Assembly: GCF_006345805.1 (NCBI RefSeq)
Contig: NC_042997.1
Coordinates: 17,670,001-17,734,000, forward strand
Direction of reading: 5' to 3'
Source: Octopus sinensis
Lineage: Eukaryota
DNA: 64,000 bases
Shown: positions 12,601 through 25,627 of the stretch, piece by piece
How the letters are laid out: each line of letters opens with the position of its first letter
Position numbering within the stretch: position 1 is the stretch's first letter
Notes under the pieces: generated by a model
Told to the model about the DNA's origin: nothing
Databases searched by the model: none
The model's input: the letters and a program-made list of their open reading frames with translations, nothing else
Position numbers and translations under genes: made by a program

Positions 12601-13599
12601 TTTCAGAACTGTTGAGGCACTTAACTGAATAATCATTTATGTCACAGTTCATGTAACTTTCACAACTGAAATATTTCCATGCACAGAGTCAGACATTTCC
12701 AATCCTTGTAAGATACCACTTCCCACCAATGCACAAATAAGCTCCTTATGTCACAGAGTGTTGAGGTTAGTTATTATCAAGACTATATTGTTTCCTCCAT
12801 CAAATTCCATAGTCTGAAAAAAGAGAAAAAAACTACAAAGACATCAACAGCCATCTTGCAAATTTTGAAGTCAATCTGTTTATCTGCTCAGGGTTGTTGC
12901 TTCTCCAAAATTAGCTTCATGACTTGATAGCTATGGTATCCAGAGGATCAATACGGACTCTCTAGTAACAACTACAATCAACATTTGTACTTTTTCAGGT
13001 TTGGAACAGAGAAAACTCCACTTCCTCTTCTGATTTATCTTGAAGCTCAATGAAGCAATCATAGTGGAGAATTTTCATTAAACTTATCCTATATCTCAAT
13101 ACATTATGCAGATGAAGATTCAGTGATCTAAAAAGTTTCAAATATTGAAAGAGTTTGATACATCCCCATAGAAAATCCAAGGAGTTACCTAACTGTTGTC
13201 ATTAGTACAGATTCTTTCAGGATAATATTTGGTCAGCTGTATCATACATTCCAAATCAAACAACACAGAGGTGAGAAATTATTGATGATAAGCTACAGGT
13301 ACAGGCTTCTTTTGTTAATGAATTTACACCAAAGCTAGGCAGTACCCCTTATAATTTAGTATTCCAGACTTAGGACCTGCAGCATTTTTGATCATGTGAT
13401 TGGCAACAACCAATTAAAAATGGCTTCACCAGTGACTAGTGGGTACATCCCCTTTCTTGAAATCCATCTAAAAGATTACAAGCACATTTTACATGTGTGG
13501 TGCATGTAATGAAATAATGATTCTTTAAGTGTAAAATTGTAGTTTTGTAGAATGTTTTGAGTGCACTTGTCTGTAATATAATATGTAACAATTATTTGG

Positions 13600-13674
13600 T
13601 TGCCATAATAAGACTCTGAGTTTTGGAAGTCAGGGTGGAAACCTGCTCTGGTATCTCATCAGGCATCAAGGCAA
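13600..13674 (-). ncRNA. Hammerhead ribozyme-like motif (left arm)
   Basis: ttgcc..CTGATGA-long stem II-AAAA(for GAAA)-ctcagag-TC-ttattatggcaa on the minus strand. Confidence 0.55.
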
Positions 13675-14467
13675 TAAAAAAATGCTATGAAAATGACCAT
13701 TAAACAAAGGGAAATTACTATGTACTTGACAGTTATTAAGACAAAAGAGCTATTAGAATGACTGTTAACTAAGGGGAAAAAAATGAAGAGGATAAGGTAA
13801 AAAGAAAAGAAGTAAAAATGCTCATAGCAATCACATATACACTCATGTACATACATACACATGCATGCACGCACACCCACGTACATGTACCTATATGTAT
13901 ATACTTACTCACACTTGCATGGAACTCATACATGCACACTCACACATATACCAATAAATGCACATATATAGGCAGCCATGCATGTACATATATACATATC
14001 CAATCCACACACACGAACACATGTGCACATACGCATACATGCACAATTATATTCAAATACACATCTAAAAATATGCATCTGCTCACTCACACTTGCGTGT
14101 GCATATGCATGTATAGCATGTGTGTATTTGAATATAATTGTGCATGTATGGGTATGTGTGCGTGTGTGTATGTATATGTGTACATGCATGGTTGCATACA
14201 TATGTGCATCTTTTGGCATATGTGTGGGTGTGCATGTATGTGTTCCATGTGAGTGTGAGCAAGCATATGCATATAGGCACATGTACATGAGTGTGCATGC
14301 CTACATGCTCTAATGCTATGAGCATTTTTGCTTCTTTACTTTCAACATTCTCCCCTTCGGTTTTTTGCCTTATTTAACGGTCATTCTAATAGCTCTTTTG
14401 TCTTAATAAAGGTCATGTACATAGTAATTGCCCTTTGTTTAACGGTCATTTTCATAGCATTTTTCGA

Positions 14468-14516
14468 TTGCCTCAATAACTGACGAGACAACAAACTCGG
14501 AGTCTTATTATGGCAA
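14468..14516 (+). ncRNA. Hammerhead ribozyme-like motif (right arm, stem II largely deleted)
   Basis: ttgcc-tc-aataa-CTGACGA-gacaac-AAA-ctcggag-TC-ttatt-at-ggcaa: stem I aataa/ttatt extended by ttgcc/ggcaa; GUC cleavage triplet. Confidence 0.6.
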
Positions 14517-14633
14517 CAGAATAATTGTCACATGTTATATTACAGATAAATTCCCCTATTTACATAATACTGAGGTTTCATTCATTCTTTTGTTGCCCTA
14601 CCATTACTATTAATATATAATATAAATATATAT

Positions 14634-15875
14634 GCAGCAATATCAAAGGAAGGTTAACTGGAAAAATAGTTTTGTGTGTGATTAATGCACAATAGCAATA
14701 AACACCTAAGATATACAGAAAGCAGATTCCATCACATGCCAAGGATAAAACTAGAAGTTGTTGATAGCTTCTGTTACCTAGGTGACCAAGTCAGTAGCGG
14801 GGTGGATGCTCTGGGAATATCCTGTGCAAAGTTCAGAGAGCTCCTACCTCTGCTGGTAACAAAGGGTCTCTCACTCAGACTGAAAGGTAGACTGTATGAT
14901 GCCTGTGTGTGAACAACCATGCTATCCAGCAATGAAACATGGGCTGTGACTGCTGAGGATATGTGTAGGCTTGAAAGAAATGAAGCTATATGCTCCGCTG
15001 GATGTGTAATGTCAGTGTGCATACATGACATACATGCCAGTGTAAGCACCCTGAAAGAAAAGTTGGACATAAGAAGCATCAGACGTGGTGTGCAAGAGAG
15101 ATAACTGTGTTGGTATGATCATGTGTTGCATATGGATGTGGACAGCTGTGTGAAGAAGTGACAAACCCTAATATTGGAGGGAGCCTCTGGAGGAGGTAGA
15201 ACCAGGAAGATCTGGAATGAGGTGGTGAAGCATGACCTTTGAACATAGGGCCTCACAGAAGCAATGACAAGTGACTGAGACCTTTAGAGATATGCTGTGC
15301 TTGAGATGACCTGGCAAGCCAAGTGAAATGATAGCTATGGCCAATGCCAGTGTCACATAACTGGCCCATTTAAAAGTACCCCTTCAATCATTGGGCAATA
15401 TGTCTCACTTGTGAAGACCTGCTGAACCAAGTGAGATTGTAGTCATGGCTGATGCTAGTGCCACCTGACTGGCACCTGTGCTGGTGACATGTAAAAAGTG
15501 CCATTCAAGTGTGGCTGATGCCAGTGCCACCTGACTGGATCCCATGCTGGTGGCACGTAAAAAGCACCATTTGAGTGTGACCGATGCCAGCTCCACCTGA
15601 CTGCACCCTTGCTGGTGGCACATATAAAGCACCATTTGAGCATGGTCAATGCCAGTGTCACCTGATTGGCTCCCTCGCTGGTGGCAAGTAAAAAGCACCC
15701 ACTACACTCTTGGAGTGGTTGGCATTCAGTTCAGAAGAGCATCCAGCTGTAGAAATCTTGCCAGATCAGATTGGCGCCTGGTGCAGCCTCCCAGCTTGCC
15801 AGTAATCAGTCAAACCGTCCAACCTATGCCAGCACAGAAAGCAGACATTAAACAACAACAATGATGATGCTGATG
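14634..15875 (+). mobile_element. 5'-truncated RTE LINE
   Basis: KLEVVDSFCYLGDQVSSG..AKFRELLPLLVTKGLSLRLKGRLYDACV and SNETWAVTAEDMCRLERNE; 3' UTR ends gcagacattaaacaacaacaatgatgat. Confidence 0.92.
15450..15700 (+). repeat. ~66-bp minisatellite (about 4 units) within the RTE 3' UTR
   Basis: Unit approximately gatgccagtgccacctgactggctcccgtgctggtggcacgtaaaaagcaccatttgagtgtggtc. Confidence 0.88.
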
Positions 15876-16212
15876 AGATAGATATAGATGTATACATACA
15901 CACACACCCATATATATATATATGTTTATATAAATATTCATCATCATTGTCATCATCGTTGTCGTCATCATTATCATCATTATCATCATCATCATAATTA
16001 AACATCCATTTTCTGTGCTGGCATGGGTTGGATGGTTTAACAAGATAATAAACGCAGCGAATGATGAACATGGGCAGAGGTGCAGTTGATGGGATATACC
16101 AGTATGGAGTAGGGAAAGGTGAGAGATATGAGGAAGAAAAAATCTGATTGGGTGATATACAATAAAATACACAATAAAAATACTAAAATACATGATAAAA
16201 AAGCAGTTCATG

Positions 16213-16213
<1 letters not shown>

Positions 16214-16273
<60 letters not shown>
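16214..16273. repeat. (TC)n(TA)n microsatellite
   Basis: Direct reading. Confidence 0.95.
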
Positions 16274-16277
<4 letters not shown>

Positions 16278-17127
16278 ATTATTTTAGCTCTATTTTAGAA
16301 TATTGAACACTCTATTGCATAAAAATTTACTAAAAGACTTAATACATTAACAAGAATATTGAGAGAACAGACATATACAAATTGCATTCAACAGAACAAT
16401 GAGTATTCATAAAGTAAGTGAATTCTTTAGAGTAGTATCTTGTCAAGTTAAGTATAAAATTCTTGAAACTGAACAACTTGACTAGTTATGCTAAGTACAT
16501 GTGGGTGGTTATTGGTTGGTCTCAGTGTATTGACAGATAGTCTGACAGTATAACCGATGAACTGGTTGATAGAAACTTTCTTGATGACTTATTTAGAGTA
16601 CTGATTCAACTTCACTGATTAGTGAGGCCTTTTTCAGATTTTCTCATAAATAAGAATTTCAAATTAGGGGTAAATTGGTTTGAGAACATTTCATATATTA
16701 ACATTGTTCTGTTCAACAAAATGTTCTATATGTCTTATTAAAATGACAGCATATATCATGTAGAATTTCTGATGGTTTCTTTGAAATGCTAAGCATTGAC
16801 AGATTCTACTGGGTCTATAACTGTTTGTGAGAGGCTTGTTAACTAAAAGGTCTTATTGAATCTTTTCGTTAGCTTCAAAAAGCTTGATACAAATAAAAGT
16901 TTTAAAATTTTCATTTAAGTCTGTAATAGTACTGTAAAATGTGTATGTGCTTAGTCATAACCACGTTTGGAAGAACTGCACTTTTTCCACTGGTCTGGTG
17001 CCAAATCCTTGTTTCATATTGTCATATAACTACTTTGCATAGCTTATCTCATAATATAGGTTCGTTGGTAGATACAGTGCCTAATATGACAAATGTTGAA
17101 AGTTAGTAGCATCTGTATACAATTGTT

Positions 17128-17526
17128 TCTTTTATCTTTAACATGTTACTATCATTAAACTGCAGCCATTCTGGGATGCTGCCTTGAATGGCGTAGTTGA
17201 ATGAACTACTCCCAGTACTTAGCTTTTTAAAGTTTGATGGTTACTCTATCAGTTTCTTTTGCTGAATCATTAAGTTATGGGGACATAAACAAACTAATAT
17301 CGATTGTCAAGTGATGGTGGAAAGATAAAGACAAACAGGAAGATACATACACATACTTGTATGCATGCAACAAGCTTCCATATAGTTTCTGTCTATTAAA
17401 TTCACTCACAAGGAATTGATCAGTCTGATATTATGGAAAACACTTGCAGGTGCTGCACAGTGTGGATGAACTTAGAACTGCATGATAACCAAGTGAGCTT
17501 CTTAACCACACAGCCATTCCTGCACC
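17128..17526 (-). mobile_element. tRNA-derived SINE (major family), full length, diverged
   Basis: Minus-strand head ggtgcaggaatggctgtgtggttaagaagc; internal CA/TA tract; tail matches 21750-21960. Confidence 0.8.
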
Positions 17527-18389
17527 AAACACAAAAATAAGTAACAGAATAACAGTAATTTTTTAAAAAACAGAACAGGCCTGGTTTTATAACTTTTTTG
17601 TATCAGGAACATTTGCTGCTGAGAGAGATAAGAAGCATTAATCTTTGCTTGTGGGTTTGCAAGGCAAAAATCTGATGGTGTGAACCTAAATGAAACCACA
17701 CAATATGCAAAGAAGTCTTGCACAATAACATATTTTACTGCCTTGGGAAAATGAGAATAAAGAACAAAATACTGCCATCAGTTAAAACAACTGGCATTAA
17801 TGTCATATTGGTTCAATTACCAGTAAAAAGATAAGTCTTCAAAGACTGTTTTACAGTCTCTCAAATTCAAGCTTACCAAGATTCATTAAATTATGGCAAC
17901 TGTGTAATTTTTGATCTATTGAATGCCCATCTGAAGACACATTGGTTATTGGGGCCTAAATGTGTTTGGATGAGAAATTTGTAGGTCATACCCCCAAATA
18001 TTTAGAATATCTAAAAAAATATTGACAAAAGAAATTGAACATGGCATCCTTTTTTATTGCTTAGTTTAAATCACCTCCTGATTTTTGACCACCATTAATG
18101 GAGTTCTTTATTCTGTTTTCTTGTAAGCATTTAGGTTACAGCTTTGGTTTGATTATAACTTCACCTTTTCTTCTCACATATCTTGGAGGATCTGAAAAAG
18201 AATCATTAATCCTACTCTTTCTCATCTGACTAAATCACTGAAAGTATTTAATTGTAGTAAGCTAAACAAATCACCCACCAGAAACTGAAGTGCATGAACA
18301 AGTTGTGTTGGCTTAATAAATCAAACAGTTTGAAGTCACTGCCTGCAAAGACCAAAGTTACAAAAACAAATAGAAATCACTCTATCGGA

Positions 18390-19500
18390 ATATCAGTTTT
18401 GCTTTGCACTTCTGTCAATGTGACTTGGACCAACCAAATTACTATTTCCTTACTAACACAACACTATGACTAATATTTTTTTGAGAGGCAAATTGTTTTC
18501 AACTTCAACTCTGTTCAAGGTAGAAGCTGTATTCTAACTTCTAGCTAGAGTGTAATATCTGCACTACTACAGAAGCCACTCTTCCTACCATTTGCCTCTC
18601 TCATCTGAGCATTCATGACAAAGACTTTCATGTAATAATATTCGAAATTTTCTTCCCATCTGCTGCCTCTGAGATTTTCGAATTCTTCCAATTACCAGCT
18701 GTTGTTTTCTTGTCCAATATTGAGGACACATGTCTTAATTTCCTTCTCTTTGAATCCACATTAATTCAATGACTTTAATGCATACAACTTCTTTTGGCTG
18801 TAGTATAGTTCCTACACTGAGATTACAGATACATAGAGTGCATTATTTGTCAGCATTGTAATTGTTTACAGAACACTATAATACTAGTGAAACAAAGGAC
18901 ACTTCATATATTAACTTCATACAGGATCTCACATTTCCAAAATTATAAGTGGTCCTTTGTGTCCCATGCCAAGAAAATTTCTATTAACTTTTAATAGTCT
19001 TTTTATCCACAATTTTTCAGCAAAGATAGCTCTGTAAATTGAATATCACTACATATGCTTACCGTTTTGCATCCAGCTCCACACTATTTATACTGAAGTC
19101 CTCACCAATTCTCCTGCTTCACACAATTTGACAAACACCAGTGAAGTCACCAAGTACAAAATCTTATCTGATCACTCCAAATCAATAACAGACATTGCTG
19201 AAACTGAAGACTAGAATTTCTCTTTAGTATCAGAAAAGACTTCAATTCTGATCAATGCTAAAATAGAAACTACACTGCTGCTCATATACATGGCAAAATA
19301 CTAAAGCTATACATTCAAACATCCTATACAGAGTTTCTGAAAATGCTGTTCAACTTATTGGCAAAATCTCTCTCATAAAACACTACTGCCACAACTCACA
19401 GACACAATTTTTCTTTACATAGTTTCTTCTATCACTCTTATAATAACTTTTGTGTCTTTGAACTATCAAGCTGAGTACCAGCCCCATCTAGCCGTACCAA
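18390..19500 (+). mobile_element. Possible highly decayed CR1/Jockey-group LINE fragments
   Basis: Only short traces, such as tttgcatccagctccacacta (FASSSTL) and an SFWSLAKKIS-like segment; no open frame. Confidence 0.25.
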
Positions 19501-19955
19501 TCCTTTCATTTTGCTAAACATAGCAATTCATTTTACTGCCCAGATCTCACACTAAATACTGTGGAACAGAAATACAGTTTCTATAGCTAACCAACCATTA
19601 TGTAGAATCCCCATGCTATTGAAGAAATTCTTGGCATCAATGAAGATGAAATAGCTGGTCTGTTGTGAGGGACTTTTGAAGAGGAATCTATGGTGGATAA
19701 CTTCCAGAAATCCCTAGTCTGGGAGTGCTACAAAGGGACACTATAAATTTGTGGTATAATTTTCAGAAGTGAAAGTGTCACCAGGTTGGATTGTCTGAGA
19801 TTAGCACAAAGTGATGAAACCATACTTCATGCACTTGTGCAGTGTCTGAGGATTGCTGACTTGTGAAGTTTTGTCAAACAGCTGTTGTCACATTTGGAAT
19901 GAATCTAGCTATTGACGGTTCATTGTGTTCATTGTGAAAGTTGCACCACCATCTG

Positions 19956-20177
19956 CCTTTAGCATTCAGATTATTCTGTCAAGTGTAATGCTTAGTTATT
20001 CACATTGTTTTGAATTAATCATGCATTAGCCGATAGCTTCAAGGTTTCAATAATGTAATTTTTCATTTTTAGAATGATATCGTAGGCTAGGTATGAGAGG
20101 CTGAATCTGGCTAGTTTGAACATAAAACAAGTAGAATATTTGGGTCAGATATGACCAGTTTAAATGCTAAAGGGTTA
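19956..20177. mobile_element. MITE with CCCTTTAGCATT-type TIRs (piggyBac-like ends)
   Basis: cctttagcatt ... aatgctaaagggtta, ~220 bp, non-coding; a TTAA target site is only partly preserved. Confidence 0.55.
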
Positions 20178-20989
20178 CCAAGCTGGGGAAGGCAGTGTGC
20201 TACCATTATTCAGCAATTCATAAGAGTGACTTGTAAGGGCCCTATGATAATTACTGTCACATCTTTTTGTGAATTGCAGGCAAAACATTTGTAAGTCATC
20301 AACATCAACTTGTTGATTCTAATTAACCTAGATTCAAATGTAGTTTTGTACTGAATAAGATGAAATACATGAAATAAATTGGTGAAATAGATATCAGAAA
20401 TGCCCTGTCCCATGCAGAAACTACTGTAGCTGCTCTAAGTTTTTTTCAAGCTCTTTGAAATCCATTCCAATGTTTGAAACTCTTCCATACTGTCAGTAGG
20501 TATCTCAGGGTCACATGTCAAACAACTACTAATGCCATCTAGTGATAGGAATCTCTAGAATCCAAACTCTGAACCACGTCTTTCTTACTACATAACACAA
20601 AGAGCTTTCTAATACCAAAAAAGTTATCCTATTTAAAACACCAGATCTCAACACTACATTTGTGAGCTTATATGCAAATTGAATGCTGAAGTAAAGGTAC
20701 ATGTGAGATGTGTCCACATTGGTTACAACAAATTTAAAATGTCAAGAATCCTAAGTTACATCTGGATGAAATATAGCCTATGTCTCTTAGTCTACCATGG
20801 ATTTGGCAAGACATCATCAACACCATGAATGAATGATCCAGCTAACATTGTTTCATATTTTTGCTTTCTTTATGCATTGCCCATTTTTTCTTTGATATAT
20901 CATTTTTACAACTTACTCTTTTATATTCCTGCTGCTTGTATGTTCATGAGCCAAAAGATATATCATATGTGTGCATGTGTGTGTGTATT

Positions 20990-21026
<37 letters not shown>

Positions 21027-21361
21027 ACACATGTATGTATTTGGTGGGGGTTGTTGTTTATGATGTAAACAGGATTGCTTATCTATATATAAAATACTTC
21101 ATGAAAACAACAGAAAGGCTGATGATTGCACAAAACTTTTAGTGTTGGTTAAATAAACTTTACATATGACAAATATATTCTGGACATAACACGCTTCCAA
21201 CATAAAAAGTATTTTGAGAACTTTTAAGTTTTTGTATCATAAAATAGATAAAATCTATTTAAATTGTACATATACGTGTGTAGGTGTTGATATGAACATA
21301 TGTGTGAGTACATGTGCATGTATATGCATATATATCATATATATATATATATATATATATA

Positions 21362-21960
21362 GGTACTGGAGTGGCTGTGCGGTAAGAAGCTTGCTTCCCA
21401 ACCACGTAGTTCCAGTTTCAGTTCCACTGCATGGCACCTTGGGTCAGTGTCTTCTGCTGTAGCCTCAGGCCAACCAAAGCTTTGTGAATGGATTTGGTAG
21501 ACAGAAACTGAAAGAAGCCCGTCATGTAAAAAGCACCCACTACACTCATGGAGTGGTTGGCGTTAGGAAGGGCATCCAGCTGTAGAAACACTGCCAGATC
21601 AGACTGGGCCTGGTGCAGCCTTCTGGCTTCCCAGACCCCAGGTGAACCGTCCAACCCATGCTAGCATGGAAAGCGGACGTTAAACGATGATGATGATGAT
21701 GATGATGATATATATATACACACATATATATATGTATGTATTTGTGAGTGTGACTGTGTTTGTCCCTCCTCCATTGCTTGACAACCGATGTTGGTGTTTT
21801 TACGTCCCCGTAACTTAACTGTTTAGCAAAAGAGACTGAAAGAATAAGTATTAGGCTTACAAAGAATAAGTCCTGGGGTTGATTTGTTTTGACTAAAGGC
21901 ACTGCTCCAGCATGGCTGTAGTCAAATGACTGAAACACACAAAAAAACAAAAGAAAAAGA
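21362..21960 (+). mobile_element. tRNA-derived SINE interrupted by an RTE 3' fragment
   Basis: Head ggagtggctgtgcggtaagaagc..ggcaccttgggt..gaaagaagcccgtc (to ~21523); tail ..ccagcatggctgtagtcaaatgactgaaac. Confidence 0.88.
21524..21708 (+). mobile_element. RTE 3'-end fragment with (GAT)n tail
   Basis: gtaaaaagcacccactacactc..ccaacccatgctagcatggaaagcggacgttaaacgatgatgat; matches the reverse complement of 3241-3420. Confidence 0.9.
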
Positions 21961-21971
21961 CTATATATAAA

Positions 21972-22020
<49 letters not shown>

Positions 22021-23039
22021 CTATATGTATATGTGCATAACAGCAATTGAAAAATACGTCTGCTGTGATGTTAAGATTGCAATGCACCTATTTTATCAAA
22101 CAGTCCATAGTTTCTATCACACAGGAAAAAGAGAACAAAAATTTCTACACTATTCTACACTACATGTAGTTGTTACCATCAGAATATAGTTAGATGTTGA
22201 AAATACATGAATGTTCCAACTGAACAAGATTGCTCTTTGATTGATTGTCAGAACTGAATTGAATTCAATGGATATAATGATAAGTGGAAGATTTTATTAG
22301 AAAGCCATTGTCACAACAAAATTGTGCATTGAAAAGAGGCCTCTGTTAGCTGTTAAATGTTATTAATTGGTTCAATAATAATCCAACTTTCACAAGTTAT
22401 TTGTTGGGAGCTTATGACTAGCTGAGATGGAACTTGATTCTGTAATCAATTTTTCTTAGGTTATTAAGGAATTTATTAACAATTCTGGATCATGTGAAAA
22501 TATGATGAATGTCTTGGTGCTAAGGAACCGTCACAAATTAGCTAATTGATTACTGTTTTATTTGAATTCTACATTGTTTAGCAATTACTTCATTGTCTCC
22601 TTTCTGCTCATTTTAAGACCTCCGGCAGTTGTAATATTTAAATAACATTAGCTAATTTATTTTTTAGAATTATTTTCTTTTATGCAGGTCACAGATCATT
22701 AGTTTTAATTATAAATTTTCTAATTACAATTTGAATATCATATTTCAATTTAAATATTATAAAAGATATCTAGTTGTTGTAAATGTTATTCTTGTTTCAA
22801 TAGTTTTAAACTTACTTATAGAGGATGCATAATTTCAAGCCAACATGTCAAGAATGTTATTTATACATTAATTCCAGTATAAGGATAAACTAAATTTTGA
22901 CTTTTCTGGCACCACAAAATGATCATCATCGAATTCATCCTTGTCATTATTATCGTCATCATTGTTGTCATCTGTGTAGTTATTATTATCTCATCATCTT
23001 TGTCATTGTTGACGTCAACTTCTCCTCTTACACTGCTAC

Positions 23040-23155
23040 ATTCTCCTCCTCCTCATTGCCGCCGCCGCCGCCACTACCACCATCAGCAGCAGCAGCAGCA
23101 GCAGCAACAGTACCAGCAACAGCAACAGCAGCTCCATCACCACCACCATCATCGT
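23040..23155. repeat. Mixed trinucleotide tract (CCT/GCC/CAC/CAG/CAA)
   Basis: Direct reading. Confidence 0.85.
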
Positions 23156-24213
23156 TGTGCTGTATTGTCTCGAGTATGCATCATCTCTTCTGTGGGGTTC
23201 AACATCATGATATCATGCAGAGAAAATCAAGTAAGCATTTACAGTGATTCAACACACATACATGCACACACAGTTACACACACATATGCATACACAAACA
23301 GACATGTACATCCAGACTCACAGAGAGAGTTCTTTAAATAATATGCACAGGAAGAAAAATCTCAGAAAGGAAATGATTAAACCACTACACAGGAATCTTT
23401 CATAAAGTGGCATATATAATCTATAGGCAAGTGTTAGAAGCCACTCTGAAATTGGAAAGAAATCTGCCACTCCATAGCCAAGCAACAAACAAGAATTGTC
23501 AGCTAAACTTTTGAAACACCAGTAGTTTCTGTTTCTCACACAGGAGTAATGATATTAGTCCTTTATACTGTGACACAACACTAAACACATCGCATCCTGC
23601 AGTCAGTTAATATACAACATACAAAAGAAAAACAAGAGCAAAACCTCACATATAAAAGGATATAACAAAAACAAAAAAGTCTTGCAAATGAAACAACTAG
23701 TTCTTGAGCTGATGTGGAAGCCTCTACATGGTCTCTTGATCAACTAAAAACCAGTCAAATTTCATTAAAATCCTATATACTACCTTCTTAAAAAAGAGAG
23801 AAGAAATATAACATAGTGTACTTTCAGATGTTTGAAAACAAAATGATGAGATGATAACAGCTGGAATATCCTCAGACATATGTTTTCTTGATTAGGATAA
23901 GAAGAACAACAACATATTTGTATATTTGTGCATGTATGTATGTGTGTTAGTGTGAGTTTCCACATTTTTACTTAACATTTACACTGTCTGAGTAAAAGAT
24001 GCCGAAGCTTGTTTATGTCTGTTGTAGTTTGGCAGTTTGGTTAGCTTTGACAGGAAAGATCAGTAAAATAAAAATACTTTACTTGAGAAACATATAAGGA
24101 TTGGCAACAAGAATGGCATCTGGTTGTAGAATATTGTTCCAATAAATTTTGTTCAACCCCTACCAACGAGGAAAATGCTAAAATAAAATATAATAGTCAC
24201 AATGGTGATAACT

Positions 24214-24660
<447 letters not shown>

Positions 24661-24804
24661 GGGTGTAATTGCAATTACACACCAACATCTCACACCCCTG
24701 CTAATCCACACCACTATACTTCTGTATATCCACACCTGTACTGGCATACATACACTCCAAAATAAAAGAGAAAACACATATAGCATATATATGTGTGCGT
24801 GTGT

Positions 24805-25010
24805 ATCATCATCATCATCGTTTAACGTTCGTTTTCCATGCTGGCATGGGTTGGACAGTTTGACTGAAGTCTGGAAAGCTAGCGGCTGCTACAGGCTCCA
24901 ATCTGATCTGGCAATGTTTCTACAGCTGGATACCCTTCCTAATGCTAACCACTCCGAGAGTGTAGTGGGTACTTTTTATGTGCCACTGGCATAGGAGCAA
25001 TCAGGCAGGG
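24805..25010 (-). mobile_element. RTE 3'-end fragment
   Basis: atcatcatcgtttaacgttcgttttccatgctggcatgggttggac; a more diverged copy lies at ~25420-25560. Confidence 0.88.
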
Positions 25011-25159
25011 ATGTAAACACACCAACACCAGTTGTCAAGCAGTAGTGTGGGACAAATACAGACACAAAAACACATGTATATGTATGTTTGTATGTATGTA
25101 TGTATGTAGTATGTATGTATGTATGTATGTACGTGTGTGTGTGTATGTGTATATATATA

Positions 25160-25193
<34 letters not shown>

Positions 25194-25575
25194 GTAATGT
25201 GGCTGCTGATGCAAAGCTTATCTGGTTATAGAAACCAGAGTAAATGAATTCTATGAACACTGGTCTATAAATCTAGCAGCATCCAATAAGAAATGACTCA
25301 GACTGTGACAATCTGATCTGACCATACCAGAAAATTAATGTAAAATAATGACAATGATGATAATAATATATACATATATAAATATGCATACACATACATT
25401 TACATTTGCATATATATCATCGTTATCATCATCATCATGTAACGTCTGTTTACCATGTCGGTTTGTGGTGGATGGTTTGACAAGAGCTGATAAGCCTGGG
25501 GAGTGCACCAAACTCCATTGTCTGTTTTGGTATGGTTTCTGTGACTGAATGCCCTTACTAATGTCAATATATATA

Positions 25576-25618
<43 letters not shown>

Positions 25619-25627
25619 ATATACACA

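Larger units (their letters stand above)
13570..14545. mobile_element. ~1-kb imperfect palindrome, probably inverted Penelope-like pseudo-LTRs, with an HHR motif in each arm
   Basis: ctgtaatataatatgtaacaattatt..tgccataataagactc is mirrored by gagtcttattatggcaa..aataattgtcacatgttatattacag; ttattaagacaaaagagctattagaatgac is mirrored at ~14380-14408; centre ~14090. Confidence 0.88.

Noticed and set aside
15450-15700. CRISPR-like array
   Set aside because: The whole unit is repeated with no unique spacers, there are no cas genes, and the context is a eukaryotic LINE 3' UTR.
16380-17110. Possible decayed PLE reverse transcriptase
   Set aside because: No convincing RT motifs could be recovered by eye.
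22897-23341. PolyQ/polyH/polyA ORFs followed by a donor-like CAA/GTAAGC at ~23230
   Set aside because: A mixed trinucleotide tract like others in the window; no recognisable domain, no convincing acceptor and no partner exons.
25200-25285. CTGATGC..GAAAccag..ctggTC hammerhead-like arrangement
   Set aside because: Core mismatch, and stem I is not adjacent to the putative cleavage site.
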